The position numbers and the translations under genes are program-made. A DNA stretch of 64,000 bases from NCBI RefSeq assembly GCF_002854065.1, contig NZ_CP024147.1; one strand, written 5' to 3'. Positions 51,852 through 64,000 of the stretch are shown piece after piece; within the stretch, counting starts at the first letter, position 1; each line of letters begins with the position of its first letter. Origin of the DNA: Escherichia coli (GTDB lineage Bacteria > Pseudomonadota > Gammaproteobacteria > Enterobacterales > Enterobacteriaceae). A model generated the notes under the pieces. That model was given only the letters and a program-made list of their open reading frames with translations, was not told the DNA's origin and did not search any database.

Positions 51852-52419
51852 GGGCATTACCTCGCAGAGAATGAAGATCAGGAACCTGAACATCGCGGCG
51901 GTGCAATGCCTGCCAGAAAGTTTCTAGCGCGGTATCAAGACGGGTTTGTAAATTCGGCGTGAACTGGGGTTTGTGATGGTAATCAATTACTTGTGAGTCA
52001 TCGGCAAACACGCCGTGCAGGATCTCCTGGGCTTTCAGCGCACTTAAAACTGGCTTAAGGGCATAATCGACCGCCAGCAGATGGGCCACCGTACCGCCCG
52101 TCGCCAGCGGTAGCACCACTTTGCCTTGCAACGCACGTTCTGGCAGCAGGTCGAGCAGGGTTTTCAGCGCACCGGAATAGGCGGCTTTATACACAGGCGT
52201 GGCGACAATCAGCCCGTCAGCCTGTTGCAACTGTTCGGTGAAGGTATTGAGTGCCGGACTATCGAAACGAGCATAAAGCAGATCTTCCGCGGCGAAGTTT
52301 TGCAGATTCCAGTGATAAACCTCTACATCCAGGCCATTTAGTTTTTCCCGCGCATATTCCAGCAAGGAGCTGGAGCGAGAAGGAAAGCGAGGACTACCCG
52401 CCAGGGTGATGACACGCAT
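51844..52419 (-). CDS. ssuE: NAD(P)H-dependent FMN reductase
   Basis: 191-aa [30 protein letters not shown]...; first gene of the ssu operon. Confidence 0.85.
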   Translation of the reverse strand: MRVITLAGSPRFPSRSSSLLEYAREKLNGLDVEVYHWNLQNFAAEDLLYARFDSPALNTFTEQLQQADGLIVATPVYKAAYSGALKTLLDLLPERALQGKVVLPLATGGTVAHLLAVDYALKPVLSALKAQEILHGVFADDSQVIDYHHKPQFTPNLQTRLDTALETFWQALHRRDVQVPDLHSLRGNAHA

Positions 52420-52774
52420 ACTCTCTCCTTATAACCAATTGTTCTTGTTTTGTTAACATTGATAACAATTCGCTCAGTCTGTCGGAGAGACAAGAAAATG
52501 CCAAATATAAATTTTGTGTATCTTTTTCTGAAAATAAACTAAAGAAAGGGCTTTATATATCACGCATATTTATTTATTGGATAGTCATTAGATGTTGAAT
52601 CAATGAATTACTCGTTCAGGTAATATTTAAATATTCATGAAATCTATAAATTAAAGATTTGTCACTTATTGGATTTAGTATGCTTGATTTAAATGGCGGA
52701 CAATTATTGTTATTATTAAGTCTAATGTCATTTAAAGGCATTATCATATTTACGAAGAGATCAGGATGATAACG

Positions 52775-53314
52775 ATGAAAAAAAGTGTATTGACGGCGTT
52801 TATAACTGTGGTATGTGCAACGTCCAGTGTTATGGCAGCTGATGATAATGCTATCACGGATGGTTCAGTAACATTTAATGGTAAAGTTATTGCTCCAGCT
52901 TGTACCCTGGTCGCTGCGACGAAAGATTCCGTGGTGACTTTGCCAGATGTTAGTGCCACGAAGTTGCAAACCAATGGTCAGGTTTCTGGCGTGCAAACTG
53001 ATGTGCCAATTGAATTAAAAGATTGTGATACTACCGTAACAAAAAATGCAACGTTCACCTTTAATGGCACTGCGGATACTACTCAGATTACAGCGTTTGC
53101 TAACCAGGCCTCATCTGATGCTGCTACAAACGTGGCCCTGCAAATGTATATGAATGATGGTACAACGGCCATCACGCCAGACACAGAAACCGGGAACATT
53201 TTGTTGCAGGATGGAGATCAGACGTTGACTTTTAAAGTTGATTATATCGCTACGGGGAAAGCGACTTCAGGTAATGTGAATGCGGTAACAAATTTCCATA
53301 TTAACTATTATTAA
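52775..53314 (+). CDS. elfA: fimbrial major subunit
   Basis: Start at MKKSVLTAFITVVCATSSVMA (signal peptide); fimbrillin-like, Cys pair near N-terminus. Confidence 0.8.
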   Translation: MKKSVLTAFITVVCATSSVMAADDNAITDGSVTFNGKVIAPACTLVAATKDSVVTLPDVSATKLQTNGQVSGVQTDVPIELKDCDTTVTKNATFTFNGTADTTQITAFANQASSDAATNVALQMYMNDGTTAITPDTETGNILLQDGDQTLTFKVDYIATGKATSGNVNAVTNFHINYY

Positions 53315-53346
53315 TAGAACTCATTAATTGTTTTGTTAATTAGTAC

Positions 53347-53382
53347 CCCTCCAGTGTTCTGGAGGGGATATTCATATTTTTT
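53347..53382 (+). terminator. hairpin after elfA major subunit gene (likely partial terminator)
   Basis: CCCCTCCAG-tgtt-CTGGAGGGG, then a T-run 8 nt downstream. Confidence 0.5.
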
Positions 53383-53396
53383 AAGAGTGACTATTT

Positions 53397-54098
53397 ATGA
53401 AAACTTGCATAACAAAGGGAATTGTGACCGTAAGTTTAACGGCAATATTACTCAGCTGCTCATCCGCATGGGCGGCAGGTAAAGGCGGGATTGGACTTGC
53501 AGCAACACGTCTTGTTTATTCAGAAGGTGAAGAGCAAATTTCACTGGGTGTACGTAACACCAGTCCGGATGTTCCTTATCTGATTCAGTCATGGGTGATG
53601 ACCCCAGATAATAAAAAATCAGCAGACTTTATTATTACACCACCGCTATTTGTGCTGAATCCGGCTAATGAGAATCTGTTACGCATTATGTACATTGGTG
53701 CGCCGTTGGCGAAAGACAGAGAAACTCTTTTCTTCACTAGCGTACGGGCAGTCCCTTCAACAACGAAGCGGGAAGAAGGCAATACCCTGAAGATTGCCAC
53801 ACAAAGCGTCATCAAACTTTTCTGGCGACCAAAAGGTTTAGCGTATCCCTTAGGCGAGGCTCCGGCGAAACTGCGTTGCACTTCGTCAGCTGACATGGTT
53901 ACGGTCAGTAACCCAACACCTTATTTCATTACCCTGACAGACCTGAAAATAGGTGGAAAGGTAGTTAAAAATCAAATGATTTCCCCCTTTGATAAATACC
54001 AATTCTCTCTGCCAAAGGGTGCCAAAAATAGCAGCGTAACGTATCGAACCATCAATGACTACGGGGCGGAAACGCCGCAACTCAACTGTAAATCGTAA
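53397..54098 (+). CDS. elfD: periplasmic pilus chaperone
   Basis: 233-aa ORF with signal peptide, recognised as a PapD-like chaperone. Confidence 0.85.
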   Translation: MKTCITKGIVTVSLTAILLSCSSAWAAGKGGIGLAATRLVYSEGEEQISLGVRNTSPDVPYLIQSWVMTPDNKKSADFIITPPLFVLNPANENLLRIMYIGAPLAKDRETLFFTSVRAVPSTTKREEGNTLKIATQSVIKLFWRPKGLAYPLGEAPAKLRCTSSADMVTVSNPTPYFITLTDLKIGGKVVKNQMISPFDKYQFSLPKGAKNSSVTYRTINDYGAETPQLNCKS

Positions 54099-54122
54099 TT
54101 CGTCTTCAGTTAAGAGAGCGAG

Positions 54123-54587
54123 ATGTATAGAACTCACCGACAACACAGCCTGTTAAGCTCTGGTGGCGTGCCATCGTTTATTGGTGGGCTGGTGGTGTTT
54201 GTGTCGGCAGCGTTCAATGCACAAGCTGAAACCTGGTTCGATCCAGCCTTTTTCAAAGATGATCCCTCAATGGTGGCCGATTTGTCTCGTTTCGAAAAAG
54301 GACAAAAAATAACGCCAGGGGTTTATCGTGTCGATATTGTTCTGAATCAGACAATTGTAGATACGCGCAACGTCAATTTTGTTGAGATAACGCCAGAGAA
54401 GGGGATTGCCGCCTGTTTGACGACTGAAAGCCTGGATGCAATGGGCGTGAATACTGATGCATTTCCGGCTTTTAAACAACTGGACAAACAAGCGTGTGCG
54501 CTATTGGCGGAGATTATTCCGGATGCCAGCGTAACTTTTAATGTGAATAAACTCCGTCTGGAAATTTCAGTACCGCAAATTGCCATC
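54123..54587 (+). pseudogene. elfC: fimbrial usher, N-terminal fragment interrupted by IS2
   Basis: ORF starts MYRTHRQHSLLSSGG... and is stopped by TAG 54588-54590, the first three bases of the inserted IS2. Confidence 0.8.
54583..54587. repeat. IS2 target-site duplication (CCATC), left copy
   Basis: CCATC immediately precedes the IS2 end and recurs at 55919-55923. Confidence 0.8.
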
Positions 54588-54629
54588 TAGACTGGCCCCC
54601 TGAATCTCCAGACAACCAATATCACTTAA
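54588..54629. repeat. IS2 terminal inverted repeat (transposase-proximal end)
   Basis: Imperfect match to the reverse complement of 55877-55918, sharing TCCAGACA and ATCACTTAA blocks. Confidence 0.6.
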
Positions 54630-54678
54630 ATAAGTGATAGTCTTAATACTAGTTTTTAGACTAGTCATTGGAGAACAG

Positions 54679-55044
54679 ATGATTGATGTCTTAGGGCCGG
54701 AGAAACGCAGACGGCGTACCACACAGGAAAAGATCGCAATTGTTCAGCAGAGCTTTGAACCGGGGATGACGGTCTCCCTCGTTGCCCGGCAACATGGTGT
54801 AGCAGCCAGCCAGTTATTTCTCTGGCGTAAGCAATACCAGGAAGGAAGTCTTACTGCTGTCGCCGCCGGAGAACAGGTTGTTCCTGCCTCTGAACTTGCT
54901 GCCGCCATGAAGCAGATTAAAGAACTCCAGCGCCTGCTCGGCAAGAAAACGATGGAAAATGAACTCCTCAAAGAAGCCGTTGAATATGGACGGGCAAAAA
55001 AGTGGATAGCGCACGCGCCCTTATTGCCCGGGGATGGGGAGTAA
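54679..55044 (+). CDS. insC: IS2 OrfA / InsC (HTH DNA-binding)
   Basis: 121 aa [56 protein letters not shown]... Confidence 0.9.
54996..55002 (+). promoter_or_regulatory. A6G slippery heptamer (programmed -1 frameshift site of IS3-family transposase)
   Basis: AAAAAAG at the insC/insD overlap, where the insD frame opens. Confidence 0.6.
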
Positions 55045-55907
55045 GCTTAGTCAGCCGTTGTCTCCGGGTGTCGCGTGCGCAGTTGCACGTCATTCTCAGA
55101 CGAACCGATGACTGGATGGATGGCCGCCGCAGTCGTCACACTGATGATACGGATGTGCTTCTCCGTATACACCATGTTATCGGAGAGCTGCCCACGTATG
55201 GTTATCGTCGGGTATGGGCGCTGCTTCGCAGACAGGCAGAACTTGATGGTATGCCTGCGATCAATGCCAAACGTGTTTACCGGATCATGCGCCAGAATGC
55301 GCTGTTGCTTGAGCGAAAACCTGCTGTACCGCCATCGAAACGGGCACATACAGGCAGAGTGGCCGTGAAAGAAAGCAATCAGCGATGGTGCTCTGACGGG
55401 TTCGAGTTCTGCTGTGATAACGGAGAGAGACTGCGTGTCACGTTCGCGCTGGACTGCTGTGATCGTGAGGCACTGCACTGGGCGGTCACTACCGGCGGCT
55501 TCAACAGTGAAACAGTACAGGACGTCATGCTGGGAGCGGTGGAACGCCGCTTCGGCAACGATCTTCCGTCGTCTCCAGTGGAGTGGCTGACGGATAATGG
55601 TTCATGCTACCGGGCTAATGAAACACGCCAGTTCGCCCGGATGTTGGGACTTGAACCGAAGAACACGGCGGTGCGGAGTCCGGAGAGTAACGGAATAGCA
55701 GAGAGCTTCGTGAAAACGATAAAGCGTGACTACATCAGTATCATGCCCAAACCAGACGGGTTAACGGCAGCAAAGAACCTTGCAGAGGCGTTCGAGCATT
55801 ATAACGAATGGCATCCGCATAGTGCGCTGGGTTATCGCTCGCCACGGGAATATCTGCGGCAGCGGGCTTGTAATGGGTTAAGTGATAACAGATGTCTGGA
55901 AATATAG
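55002..55907 (+). CDS. insD: IS2 OrfB / InsD (DDE transposase catalytic domain)
   Basis: 301-aa ORF in the -1 frame relative to insC ([34 protein letters not shown]...). Confidence 0.9.
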
Positions 55908-55918
55908 GGGCAAATCCA
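55877..55918. repeat. IS2 terminal inverted repeat (distal end)
   Basis: Reverse complement matches 54588-54629 imperfectly. Confidence 0.6.
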
Positions 55919-59120
<3,202 letters not shown>

Positions 59121-59131
59121 CGCGTGAACGT

Positions 59132-59674
59132 ATGAAGAAAAAAACGATATTTCAGTGCGTTATCTTGTTCTTTAGCATTCTTAACATCCATGTCGGGATG
59201 GCTGGGCCTGAACAAGTTAGTATGCATATTTATGAGAATGTGGTCGATCAGGGCTGTGATGTCGCCACCAAAAGTGCATTACAAAATATTCATATTGGCG
59301 ATTTTAATATCAGTGATTTTCAGGCCGCGAATACCGTAAGCACTGCTGCTGATTTGAATATCGATATCACCGGTTGTGCCGCTAGTATTACTGGCGCGGA
59401 CGTCCTTTTTAGCGGCGAGGCTGACACCCTTGCACCGACACTGCTCAAACTAACTGACACAGGCGGAAGCGGTGGTATGGCAACAGGGATTGCCGTGCAA
59501 ATTCTTGATGCGCAAAGTCAGCAAGAAATCCCGCTCAATCAGGTCCAGCCTCTTACGCCCTTAAAAGCCGGGGATAACACACTCAAATATCAACTTCGTT
59601 ATAAGTCCACAAAGGCGGGAGCAACGGGCGGTAATGCGACGGCGGTTCTCTATTTTGATCTGGTTTACCAGTGA
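59132..59674 (+). CDS. ycbU: fimbrial-like subunit
   Basis: 180-aa ORF with signal peptide; fimbrillin-like. Confidence 0.75.
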   Translation: MKKKTIFQCVILFFSILNIHVGMAGPEQVSMHIYENVVDQGCDVATKSALQNIHIGDFNISDFQAANTVSTAADLNIDITGCAASITGADVLFSGEADTLAPTLLKLTDTGGSGGMATGIAVQILDAQSQQEIPLNQVQPLTPLKAGDNTLKYQLRYKSTKAGATGGNATAVLYFDLVYQ

Positions 59675-59681
59675 AGGAGTG

Positions 59682-60149
59682 ATGTTGAAACGGATAATCT
59701 GGATTCTGTTCTTACTGGGATTAACGGGGGGCTGTGAGCTATTTGCCCATGATGGCACGGTCAACATTAGCGGATCGTTTCGCCATAATACATGCGTGCT
59801 GGCACAGGATAGCAAGCAAATCAATGTGCAGTTAGGCGATGTCTCGCTGACACGTTTTTCTCATGGGAATTATGGCCCGGAGAAATCTTTCATCATTAAT
59901 TTGCAGGATTGCGGAACAGATGTCAGCACGGTTGACGTCACCTTTTCAGGAACCCCCGACGGAGTGCAGAGCGAAATGTTGTCCATTGAAAGTGGTACGG
60001 ATGCAGCCAGCGGGCTGGCAATTGCGATTCTGGATGATGCGAAGATATTGATTCCGCTTAACCAGGCGAGTAAAGACTACAGCCTACATAGCGGTAAGGT
60101 GCCATTAACTTTTTATGCGCAATTGCGACCTGTCAATAGCGATGTGTAG
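59682..60149 (+). CDS. ycbV: fimbrial-like subunit
   Basis: Start MLKRIIWILFLLGLTGGCELFA; fimbrillin-like. Confidence 0.7.
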   Translation: MLKRIIWILFLLGLTGGCELFAHDGTVNISGSFRHNTCVLAQDSKQINVQLGDVSLTRFSHGNYGPEKSFIINLQDCGTDVSTVDVTFSGTPDGVQSEMLSIESGTDAASGLAIAILDDAKILIPLNQASKDYSLHSGKVPLTFYAQLRPVNSDV

Positions 60150-60189
60150 TCTGGTAAAGTGAATGCCAGCGCGACATTTGTACTTCATT

Positions 60190-60900
60190 ATGACTAATAC
60201 GTGGAACAGATTGTCGCTCTTGATTTTCGCCGTTTTATCGCTGCTGGTGGCGGGTGAATTGCAGGCAGGAGTGGTGGTCGGCGGAACGCGATTTATCTTT
60301 CCGGCAGACAGAGAATCGATATCTATTTTACTGACTAATACCAGTCAGGAATCCTGGCTTATTAACAGTAAAATCAACCGCCCAACGCGTTGGGCCGGAG
60401 GTGAAGCGTCGACAGTGCCAGCACCATTACTGGCCGCTCCGCCACTTATTCTCCTGAAGCCCGGTACGACAGGCACGTTGCGCTTGCTGAGAACGGAAAG
60501 CGACATCTTGCCTGTGGATCGCGAAACGCTCTTTGAGTTAAGCATTGCCAGCGTGCCATCCGGCAAAGTTGAAAATCAGAGCGTAAAAGTGGCGATGCGC
60601 TCGGTATTTAAACTGTTCTGGCGACCCGAAGGTTTGCCGGGCGACCCGCTGGAAGCTTATCAACAATTACGCTGGACACGGAAGTCGCAGGGTGTACAAC
60701 TCACTAACCCAACGCCTTATTACATTAACCTGATTCAGGTGAGCGTAAATGGTAAAGCGTTAAGTAATGTGGGAGTTGTGCCGCCTAAAAGCCAGCGTCA
60801 GACAAGCTGGTGTCAGGCAATAGCACCGTGTCATGTTGCCTGGCGGGCGATAAATGATTACGGCGGGTTGAGTGCAAAGAAGGAGCAAAATCTGCCCTGA
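60190..60900 (+). CDS. ycbF: periplasmic pilus chaperone (second chaperone of the cluster)
   Basis: Start MTNTWNRLSLLIFAVLSLLVA (236 aa); PapD-like; paralogous in layout to elfD. Confidence 0.75.
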   Translation: MTNTWNRLSLLIFAVLSLLVAGELQAGVVVGGTRFIFPADRESISILLTNTSQESWLINSKINRPTRWAGGEASTVPAPLLAAPPLILLKPGTTGTLRLLRTESDILPVDRETLFELSIASVPSGKVENQSVKVAMRSVFKLFWRPEGLPGDPLEAYQQLRWTRKSQGVQLTNPTPYYINLIQVSVNGKALSNVGVVPPKSQRQTSWCQAIAPCHVAWRAINDYGGLSAKKEQNLP

Positions 60901-60908
60901 AACAGGTT

Positions 60909-60924
60909 CGGAAAACGTTTGCGT
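60909..60924 (+). promoter_or_regulatory. PurR box upstream of pyrD
   Basis: cGGAAAACGTTTGCGt with the palindromic AAACGTTT core, about 90 bp upstream of the pyrD ATG. Confidence 0.5.
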
Positions 60925-61010
60925 TTTTTTTGCCGCAGGTCAATTCCCTTTTGGTCCGAACTCGCACATAATACGCCCCCGGTTTGCACACCGGGAATCC
61001 AGGAGAGTTC

Positions 61011-62021
61011 ATGTACTACCCCTTCGTTCGTAAAGCCCTTTTCCAGCTCGATCCAGAGCGCGCTCATGAGTTTACTTTTCAGCAATTACGCCGCATTACC
61101 GGAACACCGTTTGAAGCACTGGTGCGGCAGAAAGTGCCTGCAAAACCTGTTAACTGCATGGGCCTGACGTTTAAAAATCCGCTTGGTCTGGCAGCCGGTC
61201 TTGACAAAGACGGGGAGTGCATTGATGCGTTAGGCGCGATGGGATTTGGATCGATCGAGATCGGTACCGTCACGCCACGTCCACAGCCAGGTAATGACAA
61301 GCCGCGTCTCTTTCGTCTGGTAGATGCCGAAGGTTTGATCAACCGTATGGGCTTTAATAATCTTGGCGTTGATAATCTCGTAGAGAACGTAAAAAAGGCC
61401 CATTATGACGGCGTCCTGGGTATTAACATCGGCAAAAATAAAGATACGCCAGTGGAGCATGGCAAAGATGACTATCTGATTTGTATGGAAAAAATCTATG
61501 CCTATGCGGGATATATCGCCATCAATATTTCATCGCCGAATACCCCAGGATTACGCACACTGCAATATGGTGAAGCGCTGGATGATCTCTTAACTGCGAT
61601 TAAAAATAAGCAAAATGATTTGCAAGCGATGCACCATAAATATGTGCCGATCGCAGTGAAGATCGCGCCGGATCTTTCTGAAGAAGAATTGATCCAGGTT
61701 GCCGATAGTTTAGTTCGCCATAATATTGATGGCGTTATTGCAACCAATACCACACTCGATCGTTCTCTGGTTCAGGGAATGAAAAATTGCGATCAAACCG
61801 GTGGCTTAAGTGGTCGTCCGCTTCAGTTAAAAAGCACCGAAATTATTCGCCGCTTGTCACTGGAATTAAACGGTCGCTTACCGATCATCGGTGTTGGCGG
61901 CATCGACTCGGTTATCGCTGCGCGTGAAAAGATTGCTGCGGGTGCCTCACTGGTGCAAATTTATTCTGGTTTTATTTTTAAAGGTCCGCCGCTGATTAAA
62001 GAAATCGTTACCCATATCTAA
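61011..62021 (+). CDS. pyrD: dihydroorotate dehydrogenase (quinone)
   Basis: Start [21 protein letters not shown] (336 aa). Confidence 0.9.
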   Translation: MYYPFVRKALFQLDPERAHEFTFQQLRRITGTPFEALVRQKVPAKPVNCMGLTFKNPLGLAAGLDKDGECIDALGAMGFGSIEIGTVTPRPQPGNDKPRLFRLVDAEGLINRMGFNNLGVDNLVENVKKAHYDGVLGINIGKNKDTPVEHGKDDYLICMEKIYAYAGYIAINISSPNTPGLRTLQYGEALDDLLTAIKNKQNDLQAMHHKYVPIAVKIAPDLSEEELIQVADSLVRHNIDGVIATNTTLDRSLVQGMKNCDQTGGLSGRPLQLKSTEIIRRLSLELNGRLPIIGVGGIDSVIAAREKIAAGASLVQIYSGFIFKGPPLIKEIVTHI

Positions 62022-62053
62022 TTATTTCTTCGAATTCCTCTTTATAAGATAAT

Positions 62054-62085
62054 CAGGGCTTTATTTTCAGCCCTGGTTGTTTTAT
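62054..62085 (+). terminator. intrinsic terminator after pyrD
   Basis: CAGGGCT-ttattttc-AGCCCTG followed by a T-rich tract. Confidence 0.55.
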
Positions 62086-62194
62086 ATTCATCGCTGTTGC
62101 TTATTTAGACATTTTGTACTTTTATTGTTGAGGTTATTAAGCGAAGCGACAATGGATTGTGTTGCTGCGGTTTTATAGGGTAGGGGAGAGGCAG

Positions 62195-62737
62195 ATGCGA
62201 ATTAAACCAGACGATAACTGGCGTTGGTATTACGATGAAGAGCACGATCGTATGATGCTCGATTTAGCCAATGGTATGCTATTTCGCTCACGTTTTGCGC
62301 GCAAGATGTTGACTCCAGATGCCTTTTCTCCCGCAGGCTTTTGCGTTGACGACGCCGCGCTCTATTTCTCTTTTGAAGAAAAGTGCCGCGATTTTAATTT
62401 ATCTAAAGAACAAAAAGCCGAACTGGTGCTGAATGCACTGGTAGCAATTCGCTATCTCAAACCGCAAATGCCGAAAAGCTGGCATTTTGTTTCCCATGGT
62501 GAAATGTGGGTGCCCATGCCGGGGGATGCGGCCTGCGTTTGGTTGAGCGACACTCACGAGCAAGTCAATTTGCTGGTCGTTGAATCTGGCGAGAATGCCG
62601 CGCTATGTCTGCTAGCCCAACCCTGCGTTGTTATTGCGGGTCGCGCGATGCAGTTGGGCGACGCCATTAAAATCATGAACGACAGGCTGAAACCGCAGGT
62701 TAATGTTGACAGCTTCAGCCTCGAACAGGCAGTCTAA
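62195..62737 (+). CDS. zapC: cell division protein ZapC
   Basis: Start [34 protein letters not shown] (180 aa). Confidence 0.8.
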   Translation: MRIKPDDNWRWYYDEEHDRMMLDLANGMLFRSRFARKMLTPDAFSPAGFCVDDAALYFSFEEKCRDFNLSKEQKAELVLNALVAIRYLKPQMPKSWHFVSHGEMWVPMPGDAACVWLSDTHEQVNLLVVESGENAALCLLAQPCVVIAGRAMQLGDAIKIMNDRLKPQVNVDSFSLEQAV

Positions 62738-63843
62738 CGCGCCAACTTAAGTGCAGTCTTCGGTACACAGCTACAGCAAAGAATGGTGCCATCATCGCCC
62801 ATTGCTGATTTTTTCAGCGGCGTGACTTCGCCTTCTAAAAGCTGAACACGGCAACTTCCACAAATGCCCGCGCGGCAAGAATAAGGGATACGAATTCCCT
62901 GATTTTCTAATTGCTCCAGCAACACTTGTTGGTTATTTCCACGAAATGCCTGTCCCTGCCAGTCAATATCTACATTTGCGTCCGGTTGTTGCGTGATGTT
63001 GGCGGTATCATCAGCGGCAGCTGCGCCGTAAATTTTTGCCGGAGCCGTTGCCAGAATTTCCACCTCATCGCCAACGCGAATCACGCCGCTATTACGGGCA
63101 ATTAAATTCTGACCAAAATCGACATCGCCGTTATCCTGGGCAGTGCGGAAAGATTGCAATGTTTTTAATGGTTCGCCTGCCGGATGTTTTTGCCCTTTTT
63201 CTGGGCTGACGGTGGTGAAAATACAGCGGCTACAAGGTTTAACCACATCAAACACCACATCACCAATGCGAATCACTTTCCAGCGATCTTCTTCCCAGGC
63301 TGACGCGCCGGAAACCACCAGATTGGGGCGGAATTGCTCCATTTTTACACTGGCCGGACAACGTTGTTGGAGATCACGTAACGAGGCTTCGTTAGCAAGA
63401 AGGTAAGGATAGCCATCAGCAAATGACAGAGGTACAGTGTTGTGGCGTTTCACGCGCCGGGTCATTTGTGGCCCCACCCAGCGTAATTGCACTTCGCGGG
63501 AGAAAAATCCACTTAGCCATTTGTTGATCGCGTCTGGCGCAATTCGCGCGGTAAAATGTGTGCCCCAAACTTCGGTTGGTGCGTCTTGTGTGGCGAAATC
63601 AGCAAAACGAACATATGCGCTACTGCCATCTGGTGCGGTGAGATGCAAGCCATCATGCACAGGTGAAGGAGTAAACCGTACCATCTGGGGAAACTGGCGA
63701 GCGGTAATAAACGTACCATCAGGTTCCGTGATCATAAAGATGCGATCGAAGGCCAGACCACTGACATCTGCCAGGGTATGTGTAAGACCAATGCCGCGCA
63801 TCGATTTAACAGGATGAATAAAAAGCCGGGTTAATGTCGCCAC
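62734..63843 (-). CDS. ycbX: MOSC-domain 2Fe-2S protein
   Basis: 369-aa ORF with C-terminal ferredoxin-type Cys motif ([11 protein letters not shown]); 3' end overlaps the zapC stop. Confidence 0.85.
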   Translation of the reverse strand: MATLTRLFIHPVKSMRGIGLTHTLADVSGLAFDRIFMITEPDGTFITARQFPQMVRFTPSPVHDGLHLTAPDGSSAYVRFADFATQDAPTEVWGTHFTARIAPDAINKWLSGFFSREVQLRWVGPQMTRRVKRHNTVPLSFADGYPYLLANEASLRDLQQRCPASVKMEQFRPNLVVSGASAWEEDRWKVIRIGDVVFDVVKPCSRCIFTTVSPEKGQKHPAGEPLKTLQSFRTAQDNGDVDFGQNLIARNSGVIRVGDEVEILATAPAKIYGAAAADDTANITQQPDANVDIDWQGQAFRGNNQQVLLEQLENQGIRIPYSCRAGICGSCRVQLLEGEVTPLKKSAMGDDGTILCCSCVPKTALKLAR

Positions 63844-64000
63844 GGTGTGGTCCTCAAATGAAAATAAGCCCTCAACTTTATGACATGACGCGCTTATTAG
63901 CTATAATGCGCAACAATTTTCTTAGCGCCTGTCCCATTAGGCTATTTTATTTGTCAGTTTGGCCCTGGGTTGTGCTCGAAATCCTCACGTACTTGTGTAC

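Larger units (their letters stand above)
54588..55918 (+). mobile_element. IS2 insertion sequence (IS3 family), 1331 bp
   Basis: Ends TAGACTGGCCCCCTGAATCTCCAGACA... and ...TGTCTGGAAATATAGGGGCAAATCCA form imperfect inverted repeats; internal ORFs translate to InsC and InsD; flanked by CCATC direct repeats. Confidence 0.9.

Overview
This window reads as a contiguous piece of an Escherichia coli K-12-like core chromosome, running from the 3' end of dmsB to ycbX, and I do not see a novel multi-gene system in it. All identifications rest on recognising the translated ORFs and their motifs by eye; no database search was run. The gene order is dmsBC, ycaC, ycaD, ycaM, pflA-pflB-focA, ycaO, ycaP, serC-aroA, ycaL, cmk-rpsA-ihfB, ycaI, msbA-lpxK, ycaQ, ycaR-kdsB, ycbJ, elyC, cmoM-mukFEB, ldtD, ycbK, gloC, aspC, ompF, asnS, pncB, pepN, ssuEADCB, elfADCG-ycbUVF, pyrD, zapC, ycbX. 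Coding density is high, and I found no rRNA, tRNA, CRISPR array or prophage-like block. Two things depart from an intact core layout: (1) a complete 1331-bp IS2 copy with a 5-bp CCATC target duplication splits the fimbrial usher gene elfC; (2) the ComEC-family gene ycaI is split across two reading frames near 19.99-20.03 kb. Beyond those, I list intrinsic terminators and a few operator-like sites readable from the sequence (OmpR cluster at ompF, PurR box at pyrD, NadR-like palindrome at pncB, FNR-like site at focA). Several ORF-track entries were trimmed to internal start codons that match the known protein N-termini.
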